64,000 nt of DNA from Dehalococcoidia bacterium (GCA_963665775.2 CAXXTF010000002.1:224001-288000); one strand, 5' to 3'. Positions 28,377 through 38,830 are shown, counted from the stretch's first letter. Notes: generated by a model not told the origin, from the sequence alone. Translations and numbers: made by a program.

Positions 28377-28592
28377 ATGGCTCATCGGTTTGAGCATAAA
28401 GGATTTCAAGTCGAGATAGATCCTGACCGTGAGGGAGGACCGCGGATGAGGATTGCGGATAGCGAGATTCCCGTCCGACGGATTGGCAACCAGTTTATCA
28501 CCCCCTTACTTCCATATGTGAAAGCGGAGGACCTGACTGATTTAGCGAGGGCAGTAGTTGAGCAGTCCCGAGACTTCGAGACTCATGAGTGA
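28377..28592 (+). CDS. Tyrosinase cofactor (MelC1/caddie-like), minimal
   Basis: AGGAGG RBS; directly upstream of tyrosinase; I....I.V.R....F.T..LPY.......LARAVVE pattern. Confidence 0.65.
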   Translation: MAHRFEHKGFQVEIDPDREGGPRMRIADSEIPVRRIGNQFITPLLPYVKAEDLTDLARAVVEQSRDFETHE

Positions 28593-28614
28593 CAGGCAGT
28601 AGTCCACGGAGGAG

Positions 28615-29529
28615 ATGAAGATGGTGATCCGAAGAAACGTGAGACACTCTTCCGATTCCGAAAAGCGAGAGTTTATTGCTGCCCTGCTAAGTCTCAAAGT
28701 TGAAGTCGGACCTGATGGGATTAGTACTTATGATCGGCACACACGCTGGCATATGGAAGCCATGGCCAAGGCGACTGATCCCGCGAGGCCTTGGTGGGAG
28801 CAGAACCAACCGCATCGAGGTCCAGCGTTTCTACCATGGCACCGGATGTTTCTTCGCTCGGTAGAGTGGGAACTCCAACGCGTTTCTGCAAACCCTAATC
28901 TAGGCATCCCTTATTGGGACTGGACTCAAGATGCGGCTAATCCAGCAAGTTCTCCTATTTGGGACCCCAGCCTCCTGGGTGGCAACGGCGACATATCGAA
29001 TAACGATGTCGTGACGACAGGCCCTCTCTCGAATCCGCTAACCTGGACAACTGTTCAACCACAGATCTCGCAACAGGGAGACCTGCTCGGCTTTCAGCCA
29101 GGAGGAGGTCTTCGCCGCAGATTTACCAATTCTATCGGTGTCCCCACGCAGGACGAAGTTGACCAGGTGCTCAATATGAGCGTCTATGATACGGACCCAT
29201 TGGATTCAACATCCACAGGCAGCTTCCGCAACACACTGGAGGGTTGGGTAGGGCCAGGCCTTCACAACCAAGTGCATGCATTCGTTGGTGGAGACATGAT
29301 GGCAGGCACTTCCCCCAACGATCCCGTCTTCTATCTGCACCATTGCCAGGTAGACCGAATTTGGGCCATCTGGCAGCGACGCTTTCCGAATAATCCCTAC
29401 ATTCCAGAAATTGGCGCCTCTGCTGGTCACAACCTTCGTGATCCCATGTTCCCATGGGATGGCCAGGCAACCAGCAAGCTGGTGACTCCTGAGGGGATGT
29501 TGAATCTGGGGAGTGTCATATACGCATAG
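28615..29529 (+). CDS. Tyrosinase (MelC2-like)
   Basis: HRGPAFLPWHR (CuA), PYWDW, HNQVH...SPNDPVFYLHH (CuB). Confidence 0.95.
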   Translation: MKMVIRRNVRHSSDSEKREFIAALLSLKVEVGPDGISTYDRHTRWHMEAMAKATDPARPWWEQNQPHRGPAFLPWHRMFLRSVEWELQRVSANPNLGIPYWDWTQDAANPASSPIWDPSLLGGNGDISNNDVVTTGPLSNPLTWTTVQPQISQQGDLLGFQPGGGLRRRFTNSIGVPTQDEVDQVLNMSVYDTDPLDSTSTGSFRNTLEGWVGPGLHNQVHAFVGGDMMAGTSPNDPVFYLHHCQVDRIWAIWQRRFPNNPYIPEIGASAGHNLRDPMFPWDGQATSKLVTPEGMLNLGSVIYA

Positions 29530-29677
29530 CATACGGTTAATAGGGGCGCCCACGATGGCTGGCAACCTGACCTGGTTGGACACGGACGCAATCTTGGCAC
29601 GCCTCACCGGGCCCCACCACCTTAGCCCGTTGTCGGCCGAAGAAGAACCATGTTCCCTCCCGCACAGCGCCCGGGAG

Positions 29678-29697
29678 ACGCTATTAACTCATAGTGT
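29678..29697. repeat. 7-6-7 site (ACGCTAT-taactc-ATAGTGT)
   Basis: Counterpart of the 4933 site. Confidence 0.75.
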
Positions 29698-29742
29698 CGC
29701 CGAGTCATCGGCGATCGACGGGGCCTCACGTACCATAGGGTC

Positions 29743-29985
29743 ATGGGCGATTGCGCGTTCTGTGGCCGCAGCCCCGCTCCAGACTTTGCCGTGACCGCAT
29801 GCGCGAGCGATCCGGAAGACGGTTCTTCGCACTGGCGGCGGGAGGTCTTGCCGGTCTGCCCGCGCTGCCACAGAGCGCTGGGACAAGCGGGGCCTGAGGG
29901 GCGGAAGCTGAAGACGACCGGTGAGCGCTGGTGGCTCGGGCACGGGCGCGGAAAGATAGAGTCGAAAGTAGCGCCAGAGGGTTAG
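29743..29985 (+). CDS. Small CxxC...CxxC protein, element B copy
   Basis: Paralog of 4998-5243. Confidence 0.65.
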   Translation: MGDCAFCGRSPAPDFAVTACASDPEDGSSHWRREVLPVCPRCHRALGQAGPEGRKLKTTGERWWLGHGRGKIESKVAPEG

Positions 29986-30727
29986 GTGAGTCTCCCTTGG
30001 GGAGTTAAATTCTGGCGATTAGCCACTGCCCTGGGACGGCCTTGTGTCGCCCGCATCTCTCATATTCGCTGGACGTTATGATAGGTGTGATTCGCCAAAG
30101 GCCCCCTGTATCGCCTAGATGGCTCCTCATCATCGCTGCGACCGCCCTTCTGGCGTTGGCCTGCGGCCGTGGCCAAGAGCCCACCACCACTGTCCCTCCA
30201 GCCGCCAGTGAGTCGACAGCTGGGGGCACTCCGACGCCGGCACTGACCCCCTCGCCTACGCCTACCTCTACGCCTACTCTGACACCTTCGCTGGTCTCGA
30301 CACCTAGCCCGATGCCGAGCCCCACACCGGGTGTCGAGCCTGACTATACCCCGTTCCCGCCGCCGGGCCTTACTGACCTTCAGGTAAGGGAGCTAATCCA
30401 GCGCGCTTATCTGGTGGCATTCAATTTGAATGTTCCGTACCCTGCTTACTGGGCAGGAGAAACAACATGGACAGCCGTCGTGTACTTGGAACCGAATATT
30501 TACCGGCTCTACGTTGGCGCAGACGGCTCCTACGATGCTCGCATCAACAACGTGCGCCCGCCTGAGGGAACGTTTCGTACGATGATAATTGGGATAGACT
30601 ACGGAAATACGAACATCGGCGAAGTGTTTGACGCCTATTTGGTGGGCGCCCAACGGCGGATCAACGAGGATTATGCCGCATATGCTGCTGCTACTGGGTG
30701 ACCTGCCCCCCTAAACGCTACCACAGG

Positions 30728-31591
30728 CTATGTTAGTGTGGCCATCGCCGTAGTCTCCAGGGATGGCGCGGTGGAGCCCGGCCATGGCACGATCGCTTGC
30801 GGTGCTGGCGGCCGGTAGCCGAGAGCGCTATGCGGGCGCACCTCGTTGTAGTTCCGTCGCCACCGCTCGCAGAGGACCTGTGCTTCCAGCACCGTGTCGA
30901 ACACCTCCCCATTCAATAGTTCATCACGTAGCTTCCCATTGAACGACTCGATGTAGCCGTTCTCCCAGGGGCTCCCGGGCTCGATATACAGAGTCTGCAC
31001 GCCTACCCGCTCTAGCCAGGTCCGGAGCGCACGTGCCGTGAACTCTGGCCCGTTGTCCGAGCGCAGGTAGCGAGGCGTCCCGCGCTCGACGAAGAGCTGG
31101 GCCAGCTCTGCCAGCACGTCATCACTGGTGATCTGCCTCGCCACCTGGATAGCCAGGCACTCCCTTGTGAACTCGTCCAGCACCGTCAAGAGCCGCAGGG
31201 GACGGCCGTCGCTGGTGCGGGTAAACACGAAGTCGTAGCTCCAGACGTGGTTGGGCTCAGTCGGCCTGAGCCTAACGCAGGAGCCATCGGTCAGCCATAG
31301 CCGCCTCCGCTTCGGCTGCTTCGCCGGCACCTTCAGCCCTTCCCGCCGCCAGAGCCGCTCTACCCGCTTGTGGTTCACCCGAAAACCCTCCTCTCGCAGC
31401 AGGGCGGTCACCCGTCGGTAACCGTAGCGCCCGTACTCGGTCGCTAGCTCCACCATCCGCCTCAGCAGCCTCCCTTCATCGTCGGGAGGAGAACCCCACC
31501 GCCGCTGCGTCGATCGCTCCTGCCCCAGGGCCTGGCAGGCCCGGCGCTCCGAGATGACCGCGTGGCCCAACGCATTCCGCACCCAGGCCAC
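30728..31591 (-). CDS. IS3 OrfB DDE transposase
   Basis: YGYRR, WSYDF, SDNGPEF and NGYIESFN motifs. Confidence 0.95.
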   Translation of the reverse strand: MAWVRNALGHAVISERRACQALGQERSTQRRWGSPPDDEGRLLRRMVELATEYGRYGYRRVTALLREEGFRVNHKRVERLWRREGLKVPAKQPKRRRLWLTDGSCVRLRPTEPNHVWSYDFVFTRTSDGRPLRLLTVLDEFTRECLAIQVARQITSDDVLAELAQLFVERGTPRYLRSDNGPEFTARALRTWLERVGVQTLYIEPGSPWENGYIESFNGKLRDELLNGEVFDTVLEAQVLCERWRRNYNEVRPHSALGYRPPAPQAIVPWPGSTAPSLETTAMATLT

Positions 31592-31614
31592 CGCCTGTCG
31601 TCTCTTGGCCGGGC

Positions 31615-31893
31615 TCAGAAGTTTCCCTGCGCCGCCTCCTTTAGGATGGCGTTGTCCAGGGAGAGATCGGCTACCAGCTTCTTCAGCCGCAGGTTCTCCT
31701 GCTCCAGCTCCCGCAGCCGTTTGGCCTGCTCCCTCCTCAGGCCGCCGTACTCCTTCCGCCAGCGGTAGTAGGTCTGCTCTGCCACGCCCAGCTTCCTGCA
31801 GACCTCGGGCACAGCCAGGCCCTTAGCCAGCCCGACCTCCGCCTCCCTCAACTTGTTGATGATCTCCTCTGCCGTGTGATGCTGCCTGCCCAA
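31615..31893 (-). CDS. IS3 OrfA (HTH); -1 frameshift signal GGGAAAC at its end
   Basis: TYYRWRKEYGG, LEQENLRLKKLVADL. Confidence 0.93.
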   Translation of the reverse strand: MGRQHHTAEEIINKLREAEVGLAKGLAVPEVCRKLGVAEQTYYRWRKEYGGLRREQAKRLRELEQENLRLKKLVADLSLDNAILKEAAQGNF

Positions 31894-32584
31894 TCCTTCT
31901 GCCCCCTTTCTCTGGTCCAGAACCCCTGATTACTAACATTGGGCCTGGACTCGTTTTCGGGGGCAAGGTCATGGGTATGACGACACGTTCGTGTCTTTCG
32001 TGAACACGAACATTTTGATATCGTCGTCCGACATAGGCGATCCGACCAGCGCCGCCGACGTTTACGCCTTGCTGCAAGCCCGCGGGTTCAATCAGGACGA
32101 GTACGACATAGTGGCCGTACTGGATTTTGACGCTAACGATCCTAAGGGTGGCTTCTACGACGGCGGCAATTTCATTTATGTGGGTTGGATTTTCGACGAC
32201 TGTAGAAACCCCGAGGATGACACGTTCTGTAAGGAGGGCCAGGGGGTTCTCGATGAGGACGCGACGTATCTCTTAGCGGCTACCATTTATCATCACGAGG
32301 TCGGACACTTCTTCGGATGGGAACATGAGTGGCCGTTCAGGCAATTGCCCTGCTGCCCCACTCTTATCACCGAATCAATACTTTACGGCTGGGGGGACAC
32401 CGACGGTGATGGCATCCCGGAAATCCTGGACCCAACACCATATGGCATGTCAATAGCGGTGCCATCAGGTTAGGCACCCGGCGGTTACTAGGTGTGTAGG
32501 CCTCATCGTCTCCGTTTCGCTGAAAGGCAGCGATCCGCAAGGCGGCTCTACCCACTAGCGGGATATACCGCCATTCTTCCCGCT

Positions 32585-32870
32585 CTGCCACAGAGCGCTG
32601 GTGGCTCGGGCACGGGCATGGGCAGATTGATTCGATAGGAGCGCCAAGCGCGAAGTGATTGCCTTCCGGTGGTACACTTTGATTCCTATCGGACGGGCCA
32701 GAGGGAGGCCGAGTTATGAGAGGGTGGGCCATCTGGGGGACGACGGTGGCGATACTGCTGCTGGGCAACGCTATCGTGTGGCTAATGGTGGCTAGTCTGT
32801 GAATCGGTCGCCGAGGGATCTCGACCCGAGGGCAGGGTCTGTTCGTTCTGGCACCATAGCCTATATCGAG
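32585..32870 (+). repeat. Second copy of the CxxC-gene 3' end and downstream region (matches ~5178-5450)
   Basis: Near identity to element A; includes the 28-aa peptide ORF at 32716-32802. Confidence 0.8.
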
Positions 32871-32872
32871 AT

Positions 32873-33778
32873 TCATCCACGAGCGTCCAGCCCCCTTTCC
32901 GCCTCCCCTTTCAGGACCTCGAAGAGGTGGCTGCCCAACTCGTCCATCTCCCGATCGTACGAAGCCGGCATCCAGTCCTCAGGATCGTCCCGGATACGTC
33001 GAGCCGTTTCGGCGTCCTCCTCTATCTCTTCCCATACGAGCGCCCAGCGCCTATCTACCGGGAATACGCTTTCCCGCCGCCAGGCTTCGCTGGGCGGAGC
33101 GCCATCCTCCCTCTCGTGGAGCAGGTCCTCCAGCAGAGGCCGGTCGTACTCCGAGATCTGCCGGACCGCCACGGTAGCGAACCCTTCGAGGAAGTCGATC
33201 CCGACCGCTCGGCTCTCCTCGATCAGATAGCTGTAGATGGCCTTCACCTCGCCAGCCAGCCGCCGGACCCGCCCGACGAGGAGTCCCAGTACCTCCACTA
33301 TTCGCTCATCGAGCTGAACGCCGCTGGTCTTGCCGATTGGGGATCGCTTCTTCTTTCCCCAGACACCGAGGCGGACGGTCCCCAGAAACGCCCGAATCTC
33401 CAACGGTTCGCCGGGCTTGAGGTTAGGATTCTTCACCAACAGGGCGTTTGCGACAGCGGGGTCGAACACGATCGCCTCCTCCATCTCGACCAGCGCCCGT
33501 TCAAACCAGAGGATGCGGTCGCGCTCAAGGAGCTGCCTCCGCGCTTCATCGACCAGCTGAGCCAGCAAACGAAGGTTAGGTAGAAGCACCTGGTACCGGG
33601 TTATTACCGCGTGATAGCGGTCCCACTCCTGGCTGCTGAGCGCCCGAACCATCTTTAGACGGTCGCCCGGGGAGAGCGCCGGCTCCTTGCGGACGGTGTC
33701 CTCTATGGCTAGGCGCGCCTTCTCCTCGGGAGAGAGGGCACGAATGATCTCTTCCAGTCGTTTCTCTTTGGACGTCAT
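32873..33778 (-). CDS. Conserved hypothetical core protein, element B
   Basis: Paralog of 5458-6369. Confidence 0.8.
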   Translation of the reverse strand: MTSKEKRLEEIIRALSPEEKARLAIEDTVRKEPALSPGDRLKMVRALSSQEWDRYHAVITRYQVLLPNLRLLAQLVDEARRQLLERDRILWFERALVEMEEAIVFDPAVANALLVKNPNLKPGEPLEIRAFLGTVRLGVWGKKKRSPIGKTSGVQLDERIVEVLGLLVGRVRRLAGEVKAIYSYLIEESRAVGIDFLEGFATVAVRQISEYDRPLLEDLLHEREDGAPPSEAWRRESVFPVDRRWALVWEEIEEDAETARRIRDDPEDWMPASYDREMDELGSHLFEVLKGEAERGLDARG

Positions 33779-33785
33779 AGGGACC

Positions 33786-34163
33786 CTAGGCGTTCCTCCG
33801 AAGCGTATCTTCCAGGGCTTCGAGCCTGCTCTCCAGCTCGCCCTTTTCCAGCAGGTTTACGCTCACCTGGGCCAGGTAGGCGAGGGCGCGGGAGCGGCCG
33901 AGGGAGTTCTCCAGGGACAGGGTATCTACGGCCGCCACTTCGACCAGTCTCCGGATCTCGCTGACAGTGCCGAGCCCCTGGAAATCGTAGGCGCTGGCGA
34001 CGGTCTGCTCCTTGCGCCGGCGGAGGCCACCGAGCCGCCGAGCCTCCGCGACCTCCTTGGCGTGCTCAGGTGAATGCATGAGACAGAGTTCGCCATCGCG
34101 GAGCGGCTGCGCCTGGCAAGGGCTGCCGTCCTCTTTGAGGGCGTTGCAGGCCCGGGATGCCAC
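33786..34163 (-). CDS. Zn-finger helical protein, element B
   Basis: Paralog of 6370-6756. Confidence 0.8.
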   Translation of the reverse strand: MASRACNALKEDGSPCQAQPLRDGELCLMHSPEHAKEVAEARRLGGLRRRKEQTVASAYDFQGLGTVSEIRRLVEVAAVDTLSLENSLGRSRALAYLAQVSVNLLEKGELESRLEALEDTLRRNA

Positions 34164-34275
34164 TATTTGCCACCTCTGCTGGTAAGGGGGGTAGGTGGTG
34201 CCAGCTGACCCTGGAGCGGATGGGCAGGCCCCTCACGGACCTGCCCTGTGCTGCTATTCGATTGTCGGCTCCGAC

Positions 34276-34680
34276 TTAGGGGGAAGCCTCCGGCTGGTCC
34301 GGCTTGTGGCCCTGGGGGCAGCCCTGGGGCTCGACGCCCTCCGGCGCCTCGAACGCCTCCATGCAGGCGCTGCAGAAGTAGCGACCGTCCTCCAGTAGCT
34401 CGAAGGTTGAGGAAGCCTTCTTCTTGGCGGGACGCTTGGGTGGGTTCTTCGGAGCCGAGTCCTCCTCGCTGTCTGCGAGGCTCCAGAAGCGCTAGCCGTT
34501 GCAGGACTTGCCGCCCATTACGGCGCGGCCGGCGGACGATGGGCTGCTGAACTCCTGGCCGTCTTCCAGCTGGTAGCGGATGCCCTCCTCCGTCTCGATG
34601 ACCTCGCAGACGTAGTCCTGGCCCTTGTAGCGGGCAGCCAGGCGGGTTCCGGCCGTCAGGCTTCTGTTCTCGACGGGCAT
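34276..34680 (-). pseudogene. RAMA/DUF2924-like gene with in-frame TAG at 34492-34494
   Basis: TGG in copy A is TAG here; the downstream frame stays homologous to TAA at 34276. Confidence 0.8.
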
Positions 34681-34709
34681 GAAGCACCTCCTTGGATTTG
34701 GTGCTCACA

Positions 34710-34934
34710 TCAGTCACTCAGTTCCGAAGACAAGTCAAGATGGTCCCGCCAAACCTCGGGCCAACAGAGTGAGATACCTGTCTCCGGGTCCAAATCGGCC
34801 AAGGAACCGGCGGCGCAGAGGCGACTGCCAAAATGATATTTCTCGCCTTTAAGAACGACTACCACGGGCTCTCCCCTGAATTCCTTCCCGCAGTCGTGAC
34901 ACTTCTGGATTTCGATCTGCTGTCCGAGTTCCAT
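34710..34934 (-). CDS. Small CxxC hypothetical protein (element B only)
   Basis: GGAGGG RBS; CHDC. Confidence 0.55.
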   Translation of the reverse strand: MELGQQIEIQKCHDCGKEFRGEPVVVVLKGEKYHFGSRLCAAGSLADLDPETGISLCWPEVWRDHLDLSSELSD

Positions 34935-34943
34935 TATTCCCTC

Positions 34944-36221
34944 CTATCTGACTCTTTCGGCATTTCCACCGCTAAAGCTTTCCCAGCGAGCAATCGCTAT
35001 CCGGCAATAGTGTGGGTCTAGCTCTAGGCCATAGCAGACCCGCCCGGTGCGCTCGGCGGCGATGAGAGTGGTGCCTGAACCGAGGAACAGGTCCAAGACC
35101 ACATCGCCTTGCTGGCTGCTGTTCTCGATGGCCCGCTCCACCAGGGCCAGCGGCTTCATCGTCGGGTGGAGCTCCGACTCCGCCGGGCGCGGGATCGTCC
35201 AGACATCACCCTGGTCGCGGTCGCCACACCAGTGGTGCTTGGCTCCGTCCCGCCACCCGTACCAGATCGGCTCGTACTGGCGCTGGTAGTCGGCCCGACC
35301 GAGAGTGAAGCGGTCCTTAGCCCAGATGATGGTGTCGGACCAGTGGCCGCCCAGCTCGTCGAGGATGCGCGAGACGACCGGCCACTCCTTCGTGCTCATG
35401 CAGATGTAGAGGGCGCCCTCGACACGGGTCAAGAGGTTCTTTGCCCAGGCGCGGCAGAACGCCTCCCACTCCTCCGGCGACAGAGAATCGTTCCTGACCT
35501 GGCGTTTGCGGGAGCCCCGCTGCTGGCCGCCGTGGTCGCCGTAGCTGACGTTGTAAGGAGGGTCAGTGAAGGCCACGGAGGCCTGTCCTGTGTCTACCAG
35601 GCGCTCCACGTCGCCGGTGTCGGTAGCATCGCCGCACATGATCCGATGGTCGCCGAGCTGCCAGACCTCGCCCCCCTCAACGCCAGGGTCTGCCCTGGCT
35701 GCCTCCAGGGCAGCGTCGAGGTCAAACGTCTCCGGGCGGTCCCGCCTCTCACGGACATCGAGCGATCGGAGCAGGTTCTTGATCTCGTCCTCCTCGAAAC
35801 CCGAAAGGGTGAGATCGATGTCGGGAACGCTTCCTAGCTCCGAAAGGAGGCGGGCAAGCAGATCCTGGTCCCAGTCGCCTGTGATGCGGTTGAGGGCCAG
35901 GTTCAGGAGCTTGGCCTGCTCCATAGTGAGTTCCACGAAGATGACTGGAACGGTGGCGTAGCCGAGGCGGCGGGCTGCCAGGAGGCGCTGATGGCCGCCG
36001 ATGACGGTCGCGCCCTCTCGCCGGGCGATGATGGGATCTACCAGGCCAAACTCCTGGACACTGCGGGTGAGGCTGTGCAGCTCGGCCTTGGTGATCCGAC
36101 GGGGGTTTGCGGAGTCGAGGCGGAGCGCGTCGATGGGGACTTGCTCGATGGCGAGGTGCCGATCTCGCTCCTTCATCATGCTAGCCTTCACGCTGACACC
36201 CCCCGCAAATATCACTGACAC
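34944..36221 (-). CDS. ParB-N / DNA methyltransferase, element B (start uncertain)
   Basis: Paralog of 7306-8550. Confidence 0.92.
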   Translation of the reverse strand: MSVIFAGGVSVKASMMKERDRHLAIEQVPIDALRLDSANPRRITKAELHSLTRSVQEFGLVDPIIARREGATVIGGHQRLLAARRLGYATVPVIFVELTMEQAKLLNLALNRITGDWDQDLLARLLSELGSVPDIDLTLSGFEEDEIKNLLRSLDVRERRDRPETFDLDAALEAARADPGVEGGEVWQLGDHRIMCGDATDTGDVERLVDTGQASVAFTDPPYNVSYGDHGGQQRGSRKRQVRNDSLSPEEWEAFCRAWAKNLLTRVEGALYICMSTKEWPVVSRILDELGGHWSDTIIWAKDRFTLGRADYQRQYEPIWYGWRDGAKHHWCGDRDQGDVWTIPRPAESELHPTMKPLALVERAIENSSQQGDVVLDLFLGSGTTLIAAERTGRVCYGLELDPHYCRIAIARWESFSGGNAERVR

Positions 36222-38830
36222 TGACGACGCTCATCCTCATGCCGCACTGGTGACAGCGCGGAACGTCTTGCGGATGTTCGGAGGGCATCTTCCGCCCATC
36301 ATCCGCATTTGAATCTGAATCTGACCGAATAGCATGCGGATGTTGTGCGTATGTTGAGGCCGCGACCTGGGCAACATCCGCAGTTTTATCGGCCTTGGCG
36401 GTCTCCAGGTGCCAGAGCGCCCCCTTGCTGTGCTCGTCCTCGCCGGCCCGGCGTATGAATACGTGGTCGAACCGCCGGTCGCGCCGCTCGGCCAGCGCCT
36501 TGCCCAAACGTGTCCTGAGCGATCGGTCGGAGGCACCTTCCCTGACCCTCTCGAAGACACTGGGGAGTAGGTCCAACCCCTGGGTGAGCAACTGCGCCGC
36601 CTTGACCGGCTCGACCCCGTGCTCATCCCACCAGGCGTGGCAGAAGCTCCGCCATTCCTCGGTCTCGGCGTCGGCGTGGCGGTAAAGCTCTTCGCGGTTG
36701 GCGAGGAAGCCGGCTATGCCAGCGGCCTGTAGGGTGCCACCGACGACAGATGACCATCCCTCGTACGATCCGAGCGGCTTGCCGTCCCAGGCCGGGCGGC
36801 CCCGAGCAAGCCAGTTCTGAATCAGGATGAGGAATGCCCACACGAGTTCGTGACGATGGCGCTGCAGCCAGCCACTGAGGTTTTCGTGCCGAAAGCTGGT
36901 GCGCTCCCAGGGTCTGTCAACCTTCGCGTCGAGCCGAATCCACACCGCCCGTCGGGCGATCTCGTCGCCCATGTGGAGGTTGTTTCCCGTCGCTAGCCAC
37001 ACTGCCCGGTTCGGCAGCTCGATGGTTTGGGTCTTGCCGAGCAGACGGTCAGACCAGATCGTAGCCGTCAGCAGTGCGGCAAGGGTGCCAGATTCGAGGC
37101 GGCGCTTAATGTTATCGAAGAGACCGATAGGGCTGCCGGCCAAGAGGAGAGCGGTGATCCGCTTTCTCAGCTCCTCTTCGTTGCGGGCCTCCGTCATAAC
37201 ACCTGGCACTGTGCCGCTCGTGATGATCCCGATTCCAGCGGTCAGCAGGCCCTTCCCCGTACCAGCTGCTGGCGCGTCTATCGCAAAGAGCGGCGTAGGT
37301 CCGTCGATCATCTCGCGGGTGATGGCGGTGATGGGCGCGGCCATAGCGTTGGCCCGCGACGCATCTTCTGCAAAGGGAAAGTCGGCTAGCCACTCTTGGC
37401 CGATGAGCTGCTTTGCCCGTTTCAGATCCGTAGCGTCCGGTCGATCGGGGACGCATGGGACTGGTTCCCCACTTGGCTCGTAGTACAGGCCTGTGCTTGG
37501 CTGGTATCCCACGTGTGTGACGAGCGTGCCGTCGGGAGCAAAGGTGGGCGTGCCGATGACGCCGCGGAGCACAGGAAGGAGCTTGGGCAGCGCCTCCATA
37601 TCCTCGATGACATCACGCGGTGGCCGGGCTGGCTTCGGCCCGTCATCGGTCAGCTTGACCCAGTCTGCAATGCGATCTAGTCGCCCCTTTAGCCCGGGAA
37701 GACCCAGGTGCACTATTCGCGCCGGGCCACGGTCGCGCCGCACCTCCGCAATGGAGTCCATGCTCAAAGAATCTTGGCGGGTCGTTGCATCTGTGCAGGG
37801 CCTGCCAGGCGTCGTCAGCGATCTCGTGCAGGTGTCGATTGGAGATTACGATTCGAGGTAGATCAGCCTCTGGTGCCGGCATAGAGGCGGCTGGATGTGG
37901 GCCCGCCCCGGACGGACTACGAGGGGCGGGAGAAGCGCCCGTGCTGACGGCTTTCTCTATCGTCCCTTGTCCGTAGGTTCGGCCATCGCCATGATGCCGC
38001 TCGTCCCACTTCTCGCGATACAGGCCTGATCGCCGGAAGAGTCCGTCCATGCGGCCTGCGTCGCCTCCGGTCCAATACGCGAGTTGCGACGCTAGGGCCA
38101 GATCAGCCTCACTCTGCGAGGGGTACTCACTCCAGTCCCCGTTCCATAGGCGCTCGAAACGGGCTCCGTTCGCGGCATTCCTGGCCCGCTGGATGATCTC
38201 AAGGTCATCGATGTGGATGGGCTCTCGGTCTTCCGGTTCTCTTCGCCTCGCTTCGGGTTTGAGTCGGCTGTGGAGCTGAGCGATTTCAGCTGGCCGCTGT
38301 TCGATAGAGAGTGGCGTTTCTGGGAGATGGATGCCGGTTACTGTGAAGTAGCGGGCCCTGTCGTACATTTCGATGTGGCCGACCTTCGCGCTGGAGGGCA
38401 ATGTACCCTCGACGAATATCTTGGCGCCGCGCCCCGAGGGGGAGACCTCGGTGTAGCTATCCAGGAGAGAGATGATCTCGCAGGCCCAGGGCTCTATGTC
38501 GGCGGTTTCCGGGTCGCGACACTTGTCGAGGTCGATTCCGGCGTACGGGTCACCTGGCGTGAAAACGAATCCGACGCCAGCCGCTCGCTTCCCCTTCACT
38601 AGCCGTAGAGCTTCGTCGTACGTTCCCCATGTCGCGCTATCTGTTGACGATGCTATTCCGCCTGTGTGCGGGTTGAGGGGAGGCTTCGTGAGCTTCCCGT
38701 CTCGCTCTCGCCACCTCCAAGCGACCCATTGTCGCCGGGACTTGAGTTCAGGGGGTATGATGTCTGGCAGAATGATGGGCATCGCGGTAGCATCGGTCGC
38801 GCCGTCCGTCCGTCGGGATGCAAGCGTCAT
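36181..38830 (-). pseudogene. NrS-1-like primase-polymerase plus P-loop helicase-like domain, split by a frameshift near 37760
   Basis: QWVAW..TKPP, GIDLD, YTEVSPSG.G, SQSEADLAL; second ORF has AAGTGKG; frames join as FEHG/DSIAEV. Confidence 0.7.

Larger units (their letters stand above)
30699..31971 (-). mobile_element. IS3-family insertion sequence (1273 bp)
   Basis: TG...CA ends, IRs TGACCT(T)GCCCCC, 4-bp TSD TGGG (30695-30698 and 31972-31975). Confidence 0.95.
30078..32473 (+). pseudogene. Lipoprotein with metzincin-like HExxHxxGxxH motif, interrupted by IS3
   Basis: LALAC lipobox; removing the IS and one TGGG restores the frame (ATG-YDDTFVSF); HHEVGHFFGWEH. Confidence 0.8.

Noticed and set aside
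16060-29697. Classical integron (IntI plus attC array)
   Set aside because: I saw no long attC-type RYYYAAC...GTTRRRY hairpins. Cargo is in mixed orientation with long upstream regions, and the recombinase shows no obvious IntI-specific insertion. IntegronFinder would settle this.
30170-30330. Short tandem repeats (also near 670-730, 17270-17400 and 57480-57620) as CRISPR or VNTR
   Set aside because: They encode Pro/Thr linkers of lipoproteins. No repeat-spacer array or cas gene was seen.
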